From positions 71,798,001-71,862,000 of the forward strand of contig NC_058368.1 in NCBI RefSeq assembly GCF_018350175.1: a stretch of 64,000 bases of DNA, read 5' to 3'. The stretch comes from Felis catus (lineage: Eukaryota). The notes under the pieces are model-generated. The model did no database searches, was not told where the DNA came from, and saw nothing but the letters and a program-made list of their open reading frames with translations. Below are positions 62,001 through 64,000 of this stretch, piece by piece. The translations under genes and the position numbers were made by a program. Numbering within the stretch: the stretch's first letter is position 1; every line of letters begins with the position of its first letter.

Positions 62001-62110
62001 TTTATTTTATTTTATTTTATTTTATTTTATTTTATTTTATTTTATTTTATTTTATTTTATTTTATTGTATTTTATTGTATTTTATTGTATTTTATTGTAT
62101 TTTATTGTAT
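62001..62110. repeat. (TTTAT)12(TTTATTGTAT)5 compound microsatellite (L1 tail)
   Basis: Direct reading. Confidence 0.95.
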
Positions 62111-62721
62111 TTTATTTTTTTAAATATGAAATTTATTGTCAAATTTGTTTCCATACAACACCCAGTGCTCATCCCAACAGGTGCCTTCCTCAATACCCAT
62201 CACCCACCCTTCCCTCCCTCCCACCCCCCATCAACCCTCAGTTTGTTCTCAGTTTTTAAGAGTCTCTTATGTTTTGGCTTCCTCCCTCTCTAACCTCTTT
62301 TTTTTTTTTCCTTCCCCTCCCCCATGGTCTTCTGTTAAGTTTCTCAGGATCCACATAAGAGTGAAAACATATGGTATCTGTCTTTCTCTGTATGACTTAT
62401 TTCACTTAGCATAATACTCTCCAGTTCCATCCATGTTGCTACAAAAGGCCATATTTCATTCTTTCTCATTGCCATGTAGTATTCCATTGTGTATATAAAC
62501 CACAATTTCTTTATCCATTCATCAGATGATGAACATTTAGGCTATTTCCATAATTTGGCTATTGTTGAAAGTGCTGCTATAAACATTGGGGTACAAGTGC
62601 CCCTATGCATCAGCACTCCTGTATCTCTTGGGTAAATTCCTGGGTCACAGGGTAGATCTATTTTTAATTTTTTGAGGAACCTCCACACTGTTTTCCAGAG
62701 TGGCTGCACCAGTTTGCATTC

Positions 62722-63874
62722 TCACCAACAGTGCAAGAGGGTTCCCGTTTCTCCACATCCTCTCCAGCATCTATAGTCTCCTGATTTGTTCATTTTGGCC
62801 ACTCTGACTGGCATGAGGTGATATCTGAGTGTGGTTTTGATTTGTATTTCCCTGATGAGGAGTGACGTTGAGCATCTTTTCATGTGCCTGTTGGCCGTCT
62901 GGATGTCTTCTTTAGAGAAGTGTCCATTCATGTTTTCTACCCGTTTCTTCATGGGTTATTTGTTTTTTGGGTGTGGAGTTTGGTGAGCTCTTTCTAGATT
63001 TTGGACACTAGCCCTTTATCCGATATGTCATTTGCAAATATCTTTTCCCATTCCGTTGGTTGTCTTTTAGTTTTGTTGATTGTTTCCTTTGCAGTGGAAA
63101 GCTTTTTATCTTCATGAGGTCCCAATAGTTCATTTTTGCTTTTAATTCCCTTGCCTTTGGGGATGTGTCAAGTAAGAAATTGCTACGGCTGAGGTCAGAG
63201 AGGTCTTTTCCTGCTTTCTCCTCTAGGGTTTTGATGCTTTCCTGTCTCACATTCAGGTCCTTTATCCATTTTGAGTTTATTTTTGTGAATGGTGTAAGAA
63301 AGTGGTCTAATTTCATCCTTCTGCATGTTGCTGTCCAGTTCTCCCAGCACCATTTGTTAAAGAGACTGTCTTTTTTCCATTGGATATTCTTTCCTGCTTT
63401 GTCAAAGATTAGCTGGCCATACGTTTGTGGGTCTAATTCTGGGGTTTCTATTCTATTCCATTGGTCTATGTGTTTGTTTTTGTGCCAATACCGTGCAGTC
63501 TTGATGATGACAGCTTTGTAGTAGAGGCTAAAGTCTGGGATTGTGATGCCTCCTGCTTTGGTCTTCTTCTTCAAAATTACTTTGGTTATTCGGGGCCTTT
63601 TGTGGTTCCATACAAATTTTAGGATTGCTTGTTCTAGCTTTGAGAAGAATGCTGGTGCAATTTTGATTGGGATTGCATTGAATGTGTAGATAGCTTTGGG
63701 TGGTATTGACATTTTAACAATATTTATTCTTCCAATCCATGGGCATGGAATGCTTTTCCATTTCTTTATATCTTCTTCAATTTGCTTCATAAGCTTTCTA
63801 TAGTTTTCAGCATACAGATCTTCTACATCTTTGGTTAGGTTTATTCCTAGGTATTTTATGGTGCAATGGTGCAA
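62722..63874 (-). pseudogene. L1 ORF2p C-terminal region, disrupted
   Basis: 288-aa frame '[12 protein letters not shown]...[13 protein letters not shown]...YGQLIFDK' and Cys-rich '[15 protein letters not shown]'; frameshifts and a stop. Confidence 0.92.
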
Positions 63875-64000
63875 TTGTGGTTTATTCCTAGGTATTTTAT
63901 GCTTCTTGGTGCAATTGTGAAAGGGATCAGTTTCTCTATTTGTCTTTCGGTTGCTTCATTATTAGTATATAAGAATGCAACTGATTTCTGTACATTGATT

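Larger units (their letters stand above)
61999..64000 (-). mobile_element. Young felid L1 (3' 2 kb; continues beyond the window)
   Basis: Microsatellite tail, cat-type 3'UTR, long ORF2 frame. Confidence 0.97.

Noticed and set aside
1..64000. CRISPR array, operon or prokaryotic-type defence system
   Set aside because: Mammalian repeat-rich DNA; no regularly spaced repeat-spacer array and no dense ORFs

Overview
Mammalian, repeat-rich, non-coding genomic DNA. The tRNA-derived Can-SINEs of the felid type and the cat-type L1 3' ends point to a felid (cat family) genome. No recognisable host protein-coding exon, RNA gene or CRISPR-like array was found, and the only ORFs with clear homology are L1 ORF2 remnants. 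The window holds 17 Can-SINEs (many with target-site duplications, TSDs), a roughly 7 kb near-full-length degenerate L1 (16396-23342), young truncated L1s (37825-38621, 53331-53461, 61999-64000), MaLR/ERV LTRs, old L2/MIR relics, hAT elements and a Tigger-like MITE. The main functional-looking feature is a CpG island (about 36940-37760) with a minus-strand NRF1-like site, TATA box and strong splice donor, plus speculative downstream exons. Repeat family names come from recalled consensus sequences, not from a search. I found no convincing novel multi-gene system.
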